DNA from: Polyangiaceae bacterium
GTDB taxonomy: Bacteria > Myxococcota_A > Polyangia > Polyangiales > Polyangiaceae
Length of the DNA: 64,000 nt
NCBI GenBank assembly: GCA_044222475.1
Contig: JBGANF010000009.1
Coordinates: 45,845 to 109,844, forward strand
Direction of reading: 5' to 3'
Under the pieces are notes generated by a model. It was not told where the DNA came from, ran no database searches, and was given only the letters and a program-made list of their open reading frames with translations. Shown here in pieces: positions 17,719-27,242 of this stretch (positions are counted from its first letter, which is position 1; the number at the start of each line of letters is the position of its first letter). Position numbers and translations under genes: made by a program.

Positions 17719-19185
17719 TCAGGCCGGCGCCGCGCTCGCGTAGACGCGCGCGTGATCGCGGCGGTGGATGCGCACTCGAACACCGTTCTTCGGACGCAGC
17801 GTCGCACTGGGCTCGGGGACCTCGTCGGCGACGATCTCGAAGCGGTAGCGACGCAGGAGCACCGCGAGCGCGAGCTGCGCCTCCATGTACGCGAAGTGGT
17901 TGCCGAGGCACACGCGTGGGCCGGCTCCGAACGGCATGTAGGCGTAGCGATGGCGCTTCGCCTCGTTCTCGGGGAGAAACCGATCGGGATCGAAGCGCTC
18001 CGGATCGGGCCAGAGGCGCGGGTTCCGTTGTAGCGCCCACGCCGAGACGAGCGCGTTGGAGCGCTCCGGGAGGTCGTACCCGGCCACGCTGACCTCACCG
18101 CGGCTGTCGCGCCCGAACATGTAGACGGGTGGATACAGGCGGAGCGCTTCCTTGAAGACCCGGAGACAGAGATCGAGGCGCGGCAGGTCCGAGACCTTGG
18201 GCTCGTCGCCCACCGCATCGACCTCGCGCTCCATCGCCGCGTAGATCCGAGGGTCGCGGCCGGCGAGGTACAGCGTCCATGCGAGCCCAGTCGCGGTGGT
18301 TTCGTGCCCGGCCACGAACAAAGTGAGGACCTCGTCCCGCACCTGGCGGTCGCTCATCGCGGCGCCTTCTTCGTCGCGCGCGGCGAGCAGTCGGCTCAAG
18401 AGATCGGTCTCGGGATCGCTGCTCGAGCGGCGGTGATCGATCATGCGCTGGACGTGCTCGTCGAGGAAGGCGATCGCGCGCGCCAGCTCGCGACCGCGGG
18501 GCCCGACGAGCGCGATCGGCCCTTGCAGGCGATCGGATGCGCGCTTGGCGATGCGCTGCCACCGAGTCGACTCGTCCTTGGCGGCTCGCTCGAGGAGGCG
18601 CTTCGTGATGACGTGGGAGACGGCGAATCCGCGGCCCATCACGTAGCTCGTCCAGTCGAGCGCGACGGTGAGCGCCTGCCCGATCTCGTCGGCGTCGCTG
18701 AAGGTGTCGGCATCGAAGAGTGTCTTGCCCGCGACGCCCATCGTGAGCCGCGTCGTCTCGTGCGACAGCGCGAGCTCCTGCCCGTCGCGCCATGGCTCCA
18801 TCGTGCGCAGCGAGCACTGGATCATGTCGTCGGCGTAGGCTTCGAGCGCTTTCGGCGTGAAAAGCGGTGCCATCAGCCTTCGCTGGCGCTTCCACAGCTC
18901 GCCGTTCGACGTGAACAGCCCCTCGCCCGCGAGGTTCCAGAGCGTGAACCGGAGCATGTCCGACTTGTCGAAGTGGCGCGCCTTCTCGACGAGCGCCTCT
19001 TGGATCACCTCGGGGTCGTTGATCGAAAACGCCCGCACTCCAGGCCAGGGGATGCGCAGACGCGTCACGGGCTGTGTGACCTGGGTCAGCAGGTCGAGCG
19101 CCCCGAGGCGATCACGGCGGAAGGCCGCGTTGTGTCCCAAGAGCTCGTCGCCGCCCGGCGCATAGGGCATGTCCGTGAAGAGCAT
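17719..19185 (-). CDS. cytochrome P450
   Basis: AGHETT I-helix, EALR, PERF, FGAGPRVCLG heme Cys. Confidence 0.96.
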   Translation of the reverse strand: MLFTDMPYAPGGDELLGHNAAFRRDRLGALDLLTQVTQPVTRLRIPWPGVRAFSINDPEVIQEALVEKARHFDKSDMLRFTLWNLAGEGLFTSNGELWKRQRRLMAPLFTPKALEAYADDMIQCSLRTMEPWRDGQELALSHETTRLTMGVAGKTLFDADTFSDADEIGQALTVALDWTSYVMGRGFAVSHVITKRLLERAAKDESTRWQRIAKRASDRLQGPIALVGPRGRELARAIAFLDEHVQRMIDHRRSSSDPETDLLSRLLAARDEEGAAMSDRQVRDEVLTLFVAGHETTATGLAWTLYLAGRDPRIYAAMEREVDAVGDEPKVSDLPRLDLCLRVFKEALRLYPPVYMFGRDSRGEVSVAGYDLPERSNALVSAWALQRNPRLWPDPERFDPDRFLPENEAKRHRYAYMPFGAGPRVCLGNHFAYMEAQLALAVLLRRYRFEIVADEVPEPSATLRPKNGVRVRIHRRDHARVYASAAPA

Positions 19186-19226
19186 GCGCGTAGCGTATCA
19201 CCCCGTCGGGCACCACGAAGCGCTGC

Positions 19227-20051
19227 TCAGAACGACAAGCGGACGGTGGACGTCATCCGCAAATCCAACGGCACGATCGAGGTGGGCGGGGCGCTGTCGT
19301 AGAGGATCGAAATCGTCGTGCCGAGCGCGAGGAGGTCGGTCACTTTCGCCATGATCTCGAGGTCGTTCAGGATCCGAACGTCGTCCCAGGCGTCGAAGCG
19401 GGGCTGGAAGAAGAGTGTATTCTGCACAAGAAGCCCGCCGTCGAAGAGCCGCAGCCGCGCAGTGAGCGAGCTCGCCATGCGATGAGCGAGCGCGGTCGGC
19501 GAGTCGCTCGCACCGGGAGCGACGTCGATCGTCTCGTACTCGAGCATGTACCCCGCGCCAGCGGAGAGGACGAAGAGAGGCTCGTGGACGATCTCGACGC
19601 GGAGGCCGGCGCCGATCACGCTCCTCCGACGCAACCGCAGGAACTCGTTGAACTGGAACTGGACGAACAGGTCGTGACCCACCCGCGGGTGCCACATCGC
19701 CGTCCAGCGACCGAACAGAAACGCTTGGCTCACGAACGGCGCGCCGCCGCGCTCGGCGAATCGCCCGCTCGCGGTGAGGAACGTGCGCTGCGAGAGCCAC
19801 CGCATCGGGCCCGGCGTGCGGTCGGCCGGATGAAGCGTCTGGAACTGCACCTTGGCGGCGCCACCGATGTCGAGCAGCTCGATGTTTCCGCGCGAGAGCG
19901 CGAACGAGCCGTCGACTCCGCCCGACCAGCCTGGCTTCAGCACGTTCGGCTTCAGCGTCTCGGCGTTGACCTGGGCCGACGCCGTTCGCGCGATGGTCCC
20001 GAGACCTACGGCGACGATCGAGGCCACGACCAAGGCACGAGCCCACCGCAC
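19227..20051 (-). CDS. outer-membrane beta-barrel protein (DUF481-like)
   Basis: signal peptide ending ASA-QVN, amphipathic strands, C-terminal Phe (VRLSF). Confidence 0.7.
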   Translation of the reverse strand: MRWARALVVASIVAVGLGTIARTASAQVNAETLKPNVLKPGWSGGVDGSFALSRGNIELLDIGGAAKVQFQTLHPADRTPGPMRWLSQRTFLTASGRFAERGGAPFVSQAFLFGRWTAMWHPRVGHDLFVQFQFNEFLRLRRRSVIGAGLRVEIVHEPLFVLSAGAGYMLEYETIDVAPGASDSPTALAHRMASSLTARLRLFDGGLLVQNTLFFQPRFDAWDDVRILNDLEIMAKVTDLLALGTTISILYDSAPPTSIVPLDLRMTSTVRLSF

Positions 20052-20092
20052 GGAGCGAAGCTCGCACTCTCGCGCCGCGCGCGCAAGGACGC

Positions 20093-21352
20093 TCACCGGA
20101 AGCGGTAGTCGATGGCGCGCGGGCCCGCGCCCACGATGCCAATCCGGTGGCCCGCGTGTCGCTCGACGTCGGCGATCGGGTCGGCGGTGAACGGCTCGAG
20201 ATCGGCGCGGACCTCGCGCAACGACCGACCGAGGCGCGCGGCGTGCTCCAGATCGCCGGGTGCGACGCTCGGGAGCGACCGCGTCGAACCGTCGTACGAC
20301 ACCGCGACGCGATGCTCGGGCCGAAGCTGGTCGACGTGAGTGAGCGCGATCGAGTCGACCCCCCCGCACGCGGCGAGCGCGTACCGGAGGAGCACGGCGT
20401 CGAGGTGGCCGAAGCGGACGCGGCCTTGCCAGGGTCCGTTCACGTTGTGCGGCTCGTCGCACGCGAGCGAGGGGTCCTCGGTCGGGAACGGCCCCGCGCC
20501 GTGGCGGACCGCGTACGCGCGATGGACGCCGATCCTCTCGATCGCGCCGTCCCACCGCGCCTCGTCGAGGATCGCCAGGGCGTTCGCGAACGTGCAACGG
20601 CTCCACGTCGTGTGCGGGTGGAACCCGTGGTCCTCGTCGAGGAGCACTCCTTGAGCTCCTTCGAAGACGACCTCGCGGCTCGCGACGAGCGCGCCATCGA
20701 TCGCCCCGCGGTCGACGACGCGAGGCGCGATGGTCCGGGCGGCCGCGATCCATCGGTCCACCACGGCGTCGTCGGTCCACGCGGACCACTCGTCGGCATC
20801 CGGCGCGAGACCCGCGAGCTCCGCGCGCTTCGAGTCGCGGTGGACGACGAGCTTCCGGCGCAGCCCAACCGCGTCGCGCAGGTCCCCCGCGCGAAGGACG
20901 TCGGCCGAGGCGAGCGCGTCGGCGACCGTCTCGCCGACGCCCACGCCGCAGCTCCCGTGCCGCGCGTCGCCTCGCGCGATCTCGCGGATCCGACACGCGG
21001 CCTGATGAAACGGAGTGGTCACCAGCGCGCGTTCGTCGACCAGGACGCGCTCGAGCGGCGACGCGACCCCCTTCTCGGCGAGGTAGCGCGCTTCGATGGC
21101 GAGCGCGGTGGGGTGCACCACGACGAAGCGCGACAGCAGCGTGCGCGCACCGCAGAGAGAAGCCGCACCGAACTGCGCGAACGTGTGGTGCACGCCGTCC
21201 GGAGAGACGACGTTGTGACCGGCTTGCGCGCCCCCGTTGAAGCGCACCACGAGCGATGCGCTGCGAGAGCGCGCGAGGAAGTCGGTCACCGCGCCCTTGC
21301 CGGCGTCGCCGAATCCGAGATCGACGACGACCGACGCGCGGCGCTGGGTCAT
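20093..21352 (-). CDS. divergent adenylosuccinate synthetase-like (PurA-fold) ligase
   Basis: GFGDAGKG, RFNGGAQAGH, FEGAQGVLLD..HG.HPHTTWS, RHGAGPFPTE; Asp-binding and guanine loops diverged. Confidence 0.85.
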   Translation of the reverse strand: MTQRRASVVVDLGFGDAGKGAVTDFLARSRSASLVVRFNGGAQAGHNVVSPDGVHHTFAQFGAASLCGARTLLSRFVVVHPTALAIEARYLAEKGVASPLERVLVDERALVTTPFHQAACRIREIARGDARHGSCGVGVGETVADALASADVLRAGDLRDAVGLRRKLVVHRDSKRAELAGLAPDADEWSAWTDDAVVDRWIAAARTIAPRVVDRGAIDGALVASREVVFEGAQGVLLDEDHGFHPHTTWSRCTFANALAILDEARWDGAIERIGVHRAYAVRHGAGPFPTEDPSLACDEPHNVNGPWQGRVRFGHLDAVLLRYALAACGGVDSIALTHVDQLRPEHRVAVSYDGSTRSLPSVAPGDLEHAARLGRSLREVRADLEPFTADPIADVERHAGHRIGIVGAGPRAIDYRFR

Positions 21353-22305
21353 GCGCGGAGCCAGCCGAGGAGGCCGTCGAGCACCGCCCGCGGGCTCGTG
21401 CCGGGGTCGGTGCCGATCGCCGCCGCGAACGGCTCCAGCGCCCGCAGCACCGGAGCGATCCGATCGCGCGGAGTGCCGGCGCCCTCGAGGCGCTTCGCGA
21501 GCGCATCGAGGTCGGTGACGTAGCGCTCGCCGAGCGCGACGATGCTCGCGGCGACGAAGCACGTGTCCTCCGGAGCCTCCATCGCGATGACGTGATCGCC
21601 CATGACGTCACGCCACGTGCGCTCGCAGCGCTTGCGGCGCTCGAGATCGGGGATGAGGAAGAACGGGTGGAACGTCTCGGCACAGGCCGCGACGACCTCC
21701 TTGATCGGGATGTCCTCGTCGAGGACGTCGCCGATCAGAGTCTCGACCTGGTGCTTCGACACCGCGGGGTACGGCTCCTCGTCGCCGGTGAGGAACGCGT
21801 AGCCCTTCTTGTTTCGCTTCTTCACGCAGTCGATGTCCATGTGCTGCGCGAGGAAGTAGAGCGCGAGCTCGTACGACTCCTGGTTGCTCCCGCCGCCGCC
21901 GCCCTCGAGGTACGACCAGGTGAGCCACTGATCCATGAGCTCGGCGGTGGACTCGAACTGTCCGACCTGGAGCGGCGCCCGATCGCTGGTCGCATCACCG
22001 ACCGCCATGAAGAGCAGCTGCGGATCGGCGACGCCGCAGTCGAACAGGAGCTTCATGAACTTCGGCAGCTTCTGCCGCGCGAGCATGTCGGGGATGCCGC
22101 CCATCGATCCGGTGACGTCGAGCGCGAACGCGATCGCGATCGACTTCGGGTGCTCCGGGCTGTCGCGGCTCTCGCGCACGCGCACGCCCTTCGGGTTCAT
22201 GAGGGGATGACACTCGCGCTGCTTGAAGACCTCTTCGCGCGACGCTTTCGCGCGCGCTCCGGTGATCGCCTCGTGCGCTTCGTGGCTGTAATTCCCGTAT
22301 CCCAT
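21349..22305 (-). CDS. vWA-domain protein
   Basis: MIDAS-type LDVTGSMG, GGGG..ESYELA, TGDE; GAGGAGG RBS; ATGA overlap with downstream gene. Confidence 0.85.
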   Translation of the reverse strand: MGYGNYSHEAHEAITGARAKASREEVFKQRECHPLMNPKGVRVRESRDSPEHPKSIAIAFALDVTGSMGGIPDMLARQKLPKFMKLLFDCGVADPQLLFMAVGDATSDRAPLQVGQFESTAELMDQWLTWSYLEGGGGGSNQESYELALYFLAQHMDIDCVKKRNKKGYAFLTGDEEPYPAVSKHQVETLIGDVLDEDIPIKEVVAACAETFHPFFLIPDLERRKRCERTWRDVMGDHVIAMEAPEDTCFVAASIVALGERYVTDLDALAKRLEGAGTPRDRIAPVLRALEPFAAAIGTDPGTSPRAVLDGLLGWLRA

Positions 22306-22314
22306 GGTGCCTCC

Positions 22315-23220
22315 TCAACGACGAAAGGGTGGCAAATCGAGCGGATGAAACGTCGGTGGACCGTAGGCGCGGCGCGCGGCATGACCGACCGCGTCGGCGA
22401 GCTCCCAAGCGTCGCTCGCGCCGCCGGTCTCGGCCGCCACGATCGCCTCGCGAAGCGGGTCGGGCATCGTCGCTTCGCCGAGAGCGCGCATCGCAGCCGC
22501 GCTCGCCGCGACGTCGCCCTTGATGGCGCCGGGACTGCTCCGCTGCGCCGACGCCCAGCCCACCACGAGGACGCCGTGATCGCGCGCGCACACGACGAGG
22601 TGCTCGAGCGACACCGCGCCATGCACCCAGCCAGTCCGATGCGCGAAGCCGAGCACCTCGAGGACGCGGCGCCACATCCACACGACGTGACGGCCGTCGA
22701 GCCCGGAAGGAAATGCGCGGCGCACGTCTTCGCCGGTGTGGAGATATCCGCGCCGCTGTCGCACTGCGATCGCGGGGGCGCCGGTGCCTTCGAGATCGGC
22801 CACGCCGCTCGCGACGAGCTGGGGAACGCGGGTCGCGAAGTGCGCGTGCCCTGCCTCGGTCGAGGCGGCGAGCGCGGCGAGTACGGAGCGCTCGCGCTCG
22901 ACGTACGCGGCGTCACGCGCGAGCTTGAGGACGACGCGCTCGATCGCGGGCACCTCGGCCCGCGCGACGAACGTGACCGCGCGAGGGCTGCGCGCGAGCT
23001 CGAGCTCGGGGACGTAACGACGACCGCGCAGCGCGATCGTCGGACCGATGGTTCGCTCTTCGGCTTCCTTCAGCGAACGCGCGAACGCCATGCGGTAGAC
23101 GGCGCGCCCGTCCGGGGCGAACGTGCCACGGCAGTAGGTGCAGGTGACCAGCGAGCGACCGTACGACTCTTCCGCGATCGGAGCGCCGCAGTGCGGGCAC
23201 GACATCGGTCGGAAGAACAT
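22315..23220 (-). CDS. Zn-ribbon + protein kinase-like (probable pseudokinase)
   Basis: CPHC..CTYC N-terminus; VVLK, ERE helix C, 'WMWRRVLEVLGFAHRTGWVHGAVSLEHL', VGW in place of DFG. Confidence 0.7.
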   Translation of the reverse strand: MFFRPMSCPHCGAPIAEESYGRSLVTCTYCRGTFAPDGRAVYRMAFARSLKEAEERTIGPTIALRGRRYVPELELARSPRAVTFVARAEVPAIERVVLKLARDAAYVERERSVLAALAASTEAGHAHFATRVPQLVASGVADLEGTGAPAIAVRQRRGYLHTGEDVRRAFPSGLDGRHVVWMWRRVLEVLGFAHRTGWVHGAVSLEHLVVCARDHGVLVVGWASAQRSSPGAIKGDVAASAAAMRALGEATMPDPLREAIVAAETGGASDAWELADAVGHAARRAYGPPTFHPLDLPPFRR

Positions 23221-23274
23221 GCACCCCGAGCATAGGGACGAACGCCCTCGCCGGGGAGCCCCCCGTGGTCGTCG

Positions 23275-23772
23275 TCAGGCCGGCGCGTCGGGCTCGCGCG
23301 CTCGACGACGGATCTGCACGAGAAGGAGAAGCCCGACGCCGACGGAGATCGCGATGTCGGCCACGTTGAAGATGGGCCAGTGGGTCACGTGGATGAAGTC
23401 GATGACGTAGCCGCGGAGCAGACGATCGAGGCCGTTGCCGAGCGCACCCGAGACGATGGCAGCGAAGCCGAAGTGCTCGGTCGCCGTCGCCGTCTTTCGC
23501 TTGCGCCACCAGGTGACGACCGCGAAGAGCAGGCCGACGAGGGCCAGGGTCGTGAGCACGGTCGCCTTGTTCGGCGTCGTGAGGACGTGGCTCAGCGAGA
23601 ACGCCGTGTCGCGGTTCTCGGTGTAGCGGAGCTCGACGACGCCGGGCACGACCGAGACGGCGGCGCCGGTCGCCTGCAGATGTTGCGCGGCGAGGTGCTT
23701 CGACGCGTGGTCGCACCCGAACAGCCCGAACGCGAGGAATATGGCGAAGAAGGCGAGAAAGCGGCGCCGCAT
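23275..23772 (-). CDS. lspA: lipoprotein signal peptidase II
   Basis: ENRDTAFS, GALGNGLDR, VIDFI, WPIFNVAD. Confidence 0.93.
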   Translation of the reverse strand: MRRRFLAFFAIFLAFGLFGCDHASKHLAAQHLQATGAAVSVVPGVVELRYTENRDTAFSLSHVLTTPNKATVLTTLALVGLLFAVVTWWRKRKTATATEHFGFAAIVSGALGNGLDRLLRGYVIDFIHVTHWPIFNVADIAISVGVGLLLLVQIRRRAREPDAPA

Positions 23773-23817
23773 GCGACCAAAACCGTCGACTGCAATCCGT
23801 ATTCCCGCGCGGTGGCG

Positions 23818-24498
23818 TCAGGGACCGTAGAGCGCGTCTTCGAGGACGCGCGGCGCGTTGGATCCGGGGCTCGGCACGGGCGCCTCGAGCAGCGGGCGGA
23901 ACTGGTGCTGCTCCGGATCGAACGCGAAGACCTCGCCGGACGTGAGCTTGTAGACCCAGGCGTGGAGGCGGAGCTTGCCGGTCGCGATCCGAGCGGCGAC
24001 CGCCGGGTGCGTACGGAGCACGTCGAGCTGGCAGAGGACGTTCTCCTGGATGGCGATGTTGTGGAGGTCTTCCTTCGCGAGCGAGGCGTAGTTCTCCTTC
24101 ACGATCCGGCGCGTCGTCTCCGCGTTGCGGAGCCACGCGCGCATCGACGGGATGTGCTCCACGATCTCCGGCTCGACGACGGCGCGCATCGCGCCGCAGT
24201 GAGAGTGACCGCAAACGACGATGTGCTCGACGTCGAGCGCCATCACCGCGTACTCGATCGACGCGGCTTCGCTGTTCGACCCGTCGCCGTAGGGCGGGAT
24301 GATGTTGCCCGCGTTCCGGACGATGAAGATCTCGCCAGGGTTCGTCTGGGTGATGAGGTTCGGGTTGATGCGCGAGTCCGAGCACGTGATGAACAGCGCT
24401 TGCGGCCGCTGCCCCTCGCCCAGACGCTCGAAGCTCGCCCGGTTTTCCTCGAAGACTTCGCGCTGAAAGATGTGCACGCCGTGGGTGATCTTCTGCAT
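23818..24498 (-). CDS. beta-class carbonic anhydrase
   Basis: CSDSR, RNAGN, GHSHCGAM zinc ligands. Confidence 0.95.
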   Translation of the reverse strand: MQKITHGVHIFQREVFEENRASFERLGEGQRPQALFITCSDSRINPNLITQTNPGEIFIVRNAGNIIPPYGDGSNSEAASIEYAVMALDVEHIVVCGHSHCGAMRAVVEPEIVEHIPSMRAWLRNAETTRRIVKENYASLAKEDLHNIAIQENVLCQLDVLRTHPAVAARIATGKLRLHAWVYKLTSGEVFAFDPEQHQFRPLLEAPVPSPGSNAPRVLEDALYGP

Positions 24499-24540
24499 CG
24501 CTCCGATCCCTTCGATCGAAAGGACCTATAGTACAAATCG

Positions 24541-25239
24541 ATGTCGGAGTCCGGCTACCGCGAGTCCAGCCGCCCTCTGGAGGAGGGAATCCTCGGGTCG
24601 ATCGAGCGCCTCGTCGAGCTCGAGGGGCGGCCGATCGCGAAGGCGAACGCGGCCGCGCTCGCCCAAGTTCGGACCTCGCTGGATCCGAAGGCCGAGCGGA
24701 TCGAGGGCGAAGGGCTGGAAGCACGGGGGTTCCGCTTCGTCGGCGTCTGGTCCGAGGCCATCGGCGACGCGCCGGCGGTCGATTTCGACGTGTGGGTGCG
24801 CGAGGACCGCACCGCCTACGCGCTCGTGCGACGGAACGAGCTCGTGCTCATCGCCGCCCCGTATCGAATTCACTCGTACTTCACCGACGGGACCATGCTC
24901 GAGACAGTGCCGCAGCCTCCGCACGTCGACGTCGTGCAGGACGCCCGCGTGCACGACGAAGCGATGCTCGCCAAGGTCACCGACGAGCGCCGCATCATCC
25001 CGGTCTCCGGACCAGACGACGTCTCGCGACTCGAGCGGTTCCGCGTCACGCACGTGCTGGACGCCGGCAAGGCGGACCAGCTCGCCCGCATTCGACCCAC
25101 CCAACGATGGGTCCTGCTCTTCGCGATCGTGCTCGCGGGCGGATTCATTTGGTCGATGTGCGACGCGCAGGGACGAAGTCGCCCCGCGGTGACGCCGTCG
25201 TGGGACGAGAAGCCCAAGGTCGACGCAGGGGGCCACTGA
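24541..25239 (+). CDS. hypothetical protein with C-terminal TM helix
   Basis: fills the gap between neighbours; helix WVLLFAIVLAGGFIW. Confidence 0.65.
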   Translation: MSESGYRESSRPLEEGILGSIERLVELEGRPIAKANAAALAQVRTSLDPKAERIEGEGLEARGFRFVGVWSEAIGDAPAVDFDVWVREDRTAYALVRRNELVLIAAPYRIHSYFTDGTMLETVPQPPHVDVVQDARVHDEAMLAKVTDERRIIPVSGPDDVSRLERFRVTHVLDAGKADQLARIRPTQRWVLLFAIVLAGGFIWSMCDAQGRSRPAVTPSWDEKPKVDAGGH

Positions 25240-25240
25240 C

Positions 25241-26044
25241 GTGCCCCTACGCATCGCGCACTTCTCCGACGTTCATCTCCTCGCTCCGAGCGAGCCGATG
25301 CGGATCCCGATGCGGATGGCGAGCACCGGTCGCGCGGTCGACCCCGCGGGTCGAGCTCGCCGCCTCGGAGAGGCGTTCGCCGAAGCGCGCGCGCGGCACG
25401 CCGATCACCTGATCATCTCGGGCGACCTCACCGAGTACGGCACCAAGGCGCAGTTCGAGCTCTTCGCCGAGATCGCGCTCGCGAGCGGGTTTCCCCCAGA
25501 GCAGGTCACGTTGATTCCAGGCAACCACGACCGCTACGACGACGATCGATCGTTCAGCGATGCGTTGGCCGGCCCCCTCGCGCCGTTCGCGCGCAACGCA
25601 CCTGCCGAGCCCGGGAAGGTCGTCGACCTCGGCGAGGCGGTCGTCATCCCGGTCGACGTGACGAAGTACCAGAACGTGATCGACTCTTCGGGGCTCGTGC
25701 GCGAAGCCGACGGCGTGGCGATCGCGCGGCGTGCGGCAGACTCGTCGTTGAAGAAGAAGGCGCAGATCCTCGTCGTGCACCACCCGCCGTTTCGTCACCG
25801 CGTCGCGGCGTGGCATCGGATCAACGGGCTGCACCGGCAGGAGCGCGTGATCGACGTCATGGAAAGCTCGGAGACGATGCACCTCGTGCACGGGCATCTG
25901 CATCGGATGATGTCGAGCCCCGTCGGTTCGGTTCCGCACGCGCGCGTGTTCGGCGTCGCCGCGGTCGTGAACGAGCGCGGCCCGCGCGTGCGCATGTTCG
26001 AGGTCGACGGCGGCGTACTGTGGCCCGCGCCGGGTCCTTGGTAG
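25241..26044 (+). CDS. metallophosphoesterase (CpdA/Icc-like)
   Basis: SDVH, SGDLT, PGNHD, HHPP, HGHLH. Confidence 0.9.
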   Translation: MPLRIAHFSDVHLLAPSEPMRIPMRMASTGRAVDPAGRARRLGEAFAEARARHADHLIISGDLTEYGTKAQFELFAEIALASGFPPEQVTLIPGNHDRYDDDRSFSDALAGPLAPFARNAPAEPGKVVDLGEAVVIPVDVTKYQNVIDSSGLVREADGVAIARRAADSSLKKKAQILVVHHPPFRHRVAAWHRINGLHRQERVIDVMESSETMHLVHGHLHRMMSSPVGSVPHARVFGVAAVVNERGPRVRMFEVDGGVLWPAPGPW

Positions 26045-26054
26045 GCTCCGGCGC

Positions 26055-26492
26055 ATGTACCGAACGGATGCAACACCAGACCGCTCGCTGTTGATCGTCG
26101 CTTTCGGCGGCAAGGTCTTCGCCGTCGATCGCTTCACCGGCGAGCAACGATGGAAGACCAAGCTCGACGATTGGGACGCGTCGGTGGTCGAGCTCGCCAT
26201 CGGGCCCGAGGTGCTGATCGCGGTGTCGTCGAAGCGGCTCGCGATCCTGCGCTATGCGAGCGGCGAGCTCGTGAAGAGCGTCGACCGCAGCCAGCACGAG
26301 CGCGGCATCGGGCGCACCGTCGCCCTCATCGACGGCAACTTCCTCTACCTCGGCCGCTACGGCTCGGCGGCCTGCTACACGCTCGCCGGCGAGTTCGTGT
26401 GGGAGCAGTACTTCAGCGGCGAGGGTCAGTGCGAGGCGGCGCTGGGGTTCCCCGGCAACGTGCGCCAAGCCGACGACCGCGGCGCGAAGTGA
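26055..26492 (+). CDS. small PQQ-like beta-propeller repeat protein
   Basis: VFAVDRFTGEQRW, YASGELV, TLAGEFVW repeats. Confidence 0.7.
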   Translation: MYRTDATPDRSLLIVAFGGKVFAVDRFTGEQRWKTKLDDWDASVVELAIGPEVLIAVSSKRLAILRYASGELVKSVDRSQHERGIGRTVALIDGNFLYLGRYGSAACYTLAGEFVWEQYFSGEGQCEAALGFPGNVRQADDRGAK

Positions 26493-26495
26493 GCC

Positions 26496-27146
26496 TCACG
26501 AGACGGGTTGCAGCAGGAGCGGCGCCGAGCGAACGAGCAACGCGAGCCCTTCGAGGAACGCGCGTTCGCGCGCCGGGTCCTGTCCCGCGAAGAGGACGAG
26601 CGCAGCACCCTGCATCGCGGTGATGACGAAATCGACGGCGGCCTCGAAGTTGGGCAACGCCGCGAGATCCGGGAAGAGACTGCGCGCCTCGTCTTGGATG
26701 TTCGTGCGGTGGGTCGCCAAGATCGGGAGCAGCGCGGCGCGGAGCGCGGGCTCGGTGGGCGCGGCGGTGTAGAGCTCGTGCAGGACGCGCACTTCGTCCG
26801 TCTTGAAGATCGTCCAGAGACCGAGCAACGCGCGCGCGACCGGATCCGTTGCGCCGCGCGCAGCGCGCATCGACGCACGGAACCTCGGAAAGAGGGACGC
26901 GCACAGCGCTTCGGCGGCTGCCGAGAGGAGCGCCTCCTTGCTCGCGAAGTGCTTGAAGAGCGCGCCCTGCGACACGCCGGCGCGAGCCGTGATCTCGGTC
27001 GTCGTGGTCTTCGCGTAGCCGAGCTCGCGAAGGGAGAGGACGGTGGCGTCGAGGAGGGCCTTTCGGGTCGTGGCGCGCCGATCGGCCTGAGTGCGGCGCA
27101 CCGGCTCGGTGGGGGCTCGTTTTCGAGAAACCTTCGTAGAACCCAT
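26496..27146 (-). CDS. TetR family regulator
   Basis: TTTEITARAGVSQGALFKHFASK HTH. Confidence 0.92.
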   Translation of the reverse strand: MGSTKVSRKRAPTEPVRRTQADRRATTRKALLDATVLSLRELGYAKTTTTEITARAGVSQGALFKHFASKEALLSAAAEALCASLFPRFRASMRAARGATDPVARALLGLWTIFKTDEVRVLHELYTAAPTEPALRAALLPILATHRTNIQDEARSLFPDLAALPNFEAAVDFVITAMQGAALVLFAGQDPARERAFLEGLALLVRSAPLLLQPVS

Positions 27147-27197
27147 CAGTTACACCTGATCGTTAGCATGCTGGCGATCCCATCGGTCGTTTCATTT

Positions 27198-27219
27198 AGA
27201 AAGTGACTTGTCACTATCT
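27198..27219. promoter_or_regulatory. putative TetR operator AGAAAGTGAC-TT-GTCACTATCT
   Basis: 10-bp arms with one mismatch, between divergent tetR and desaturase genes. Confidence 0.6.
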
Positions 27220-27242
27220 TAGTTTGGATGCATAGTCAGCGC

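Noticed and set aside
17684..17743. 19-aa plus-strand ORF MPRRDRFMRLQRQAGAALA after a GGAG RBS
   Set aside because: Very short, overlaps the P450 3' end antisense, and has no supporting motif.
17719..19185. P450 as a lasso tailoring enzyme
   Set aside because: More than 9 kb away with unrelated genes between, and the core has no aromatic residues.
20093..21352. Calling the gene purA or purZ
   Set aside because: Substrate loops differ from PurA, and the catalytic Asp is retained unlike PurZ; no phage context.
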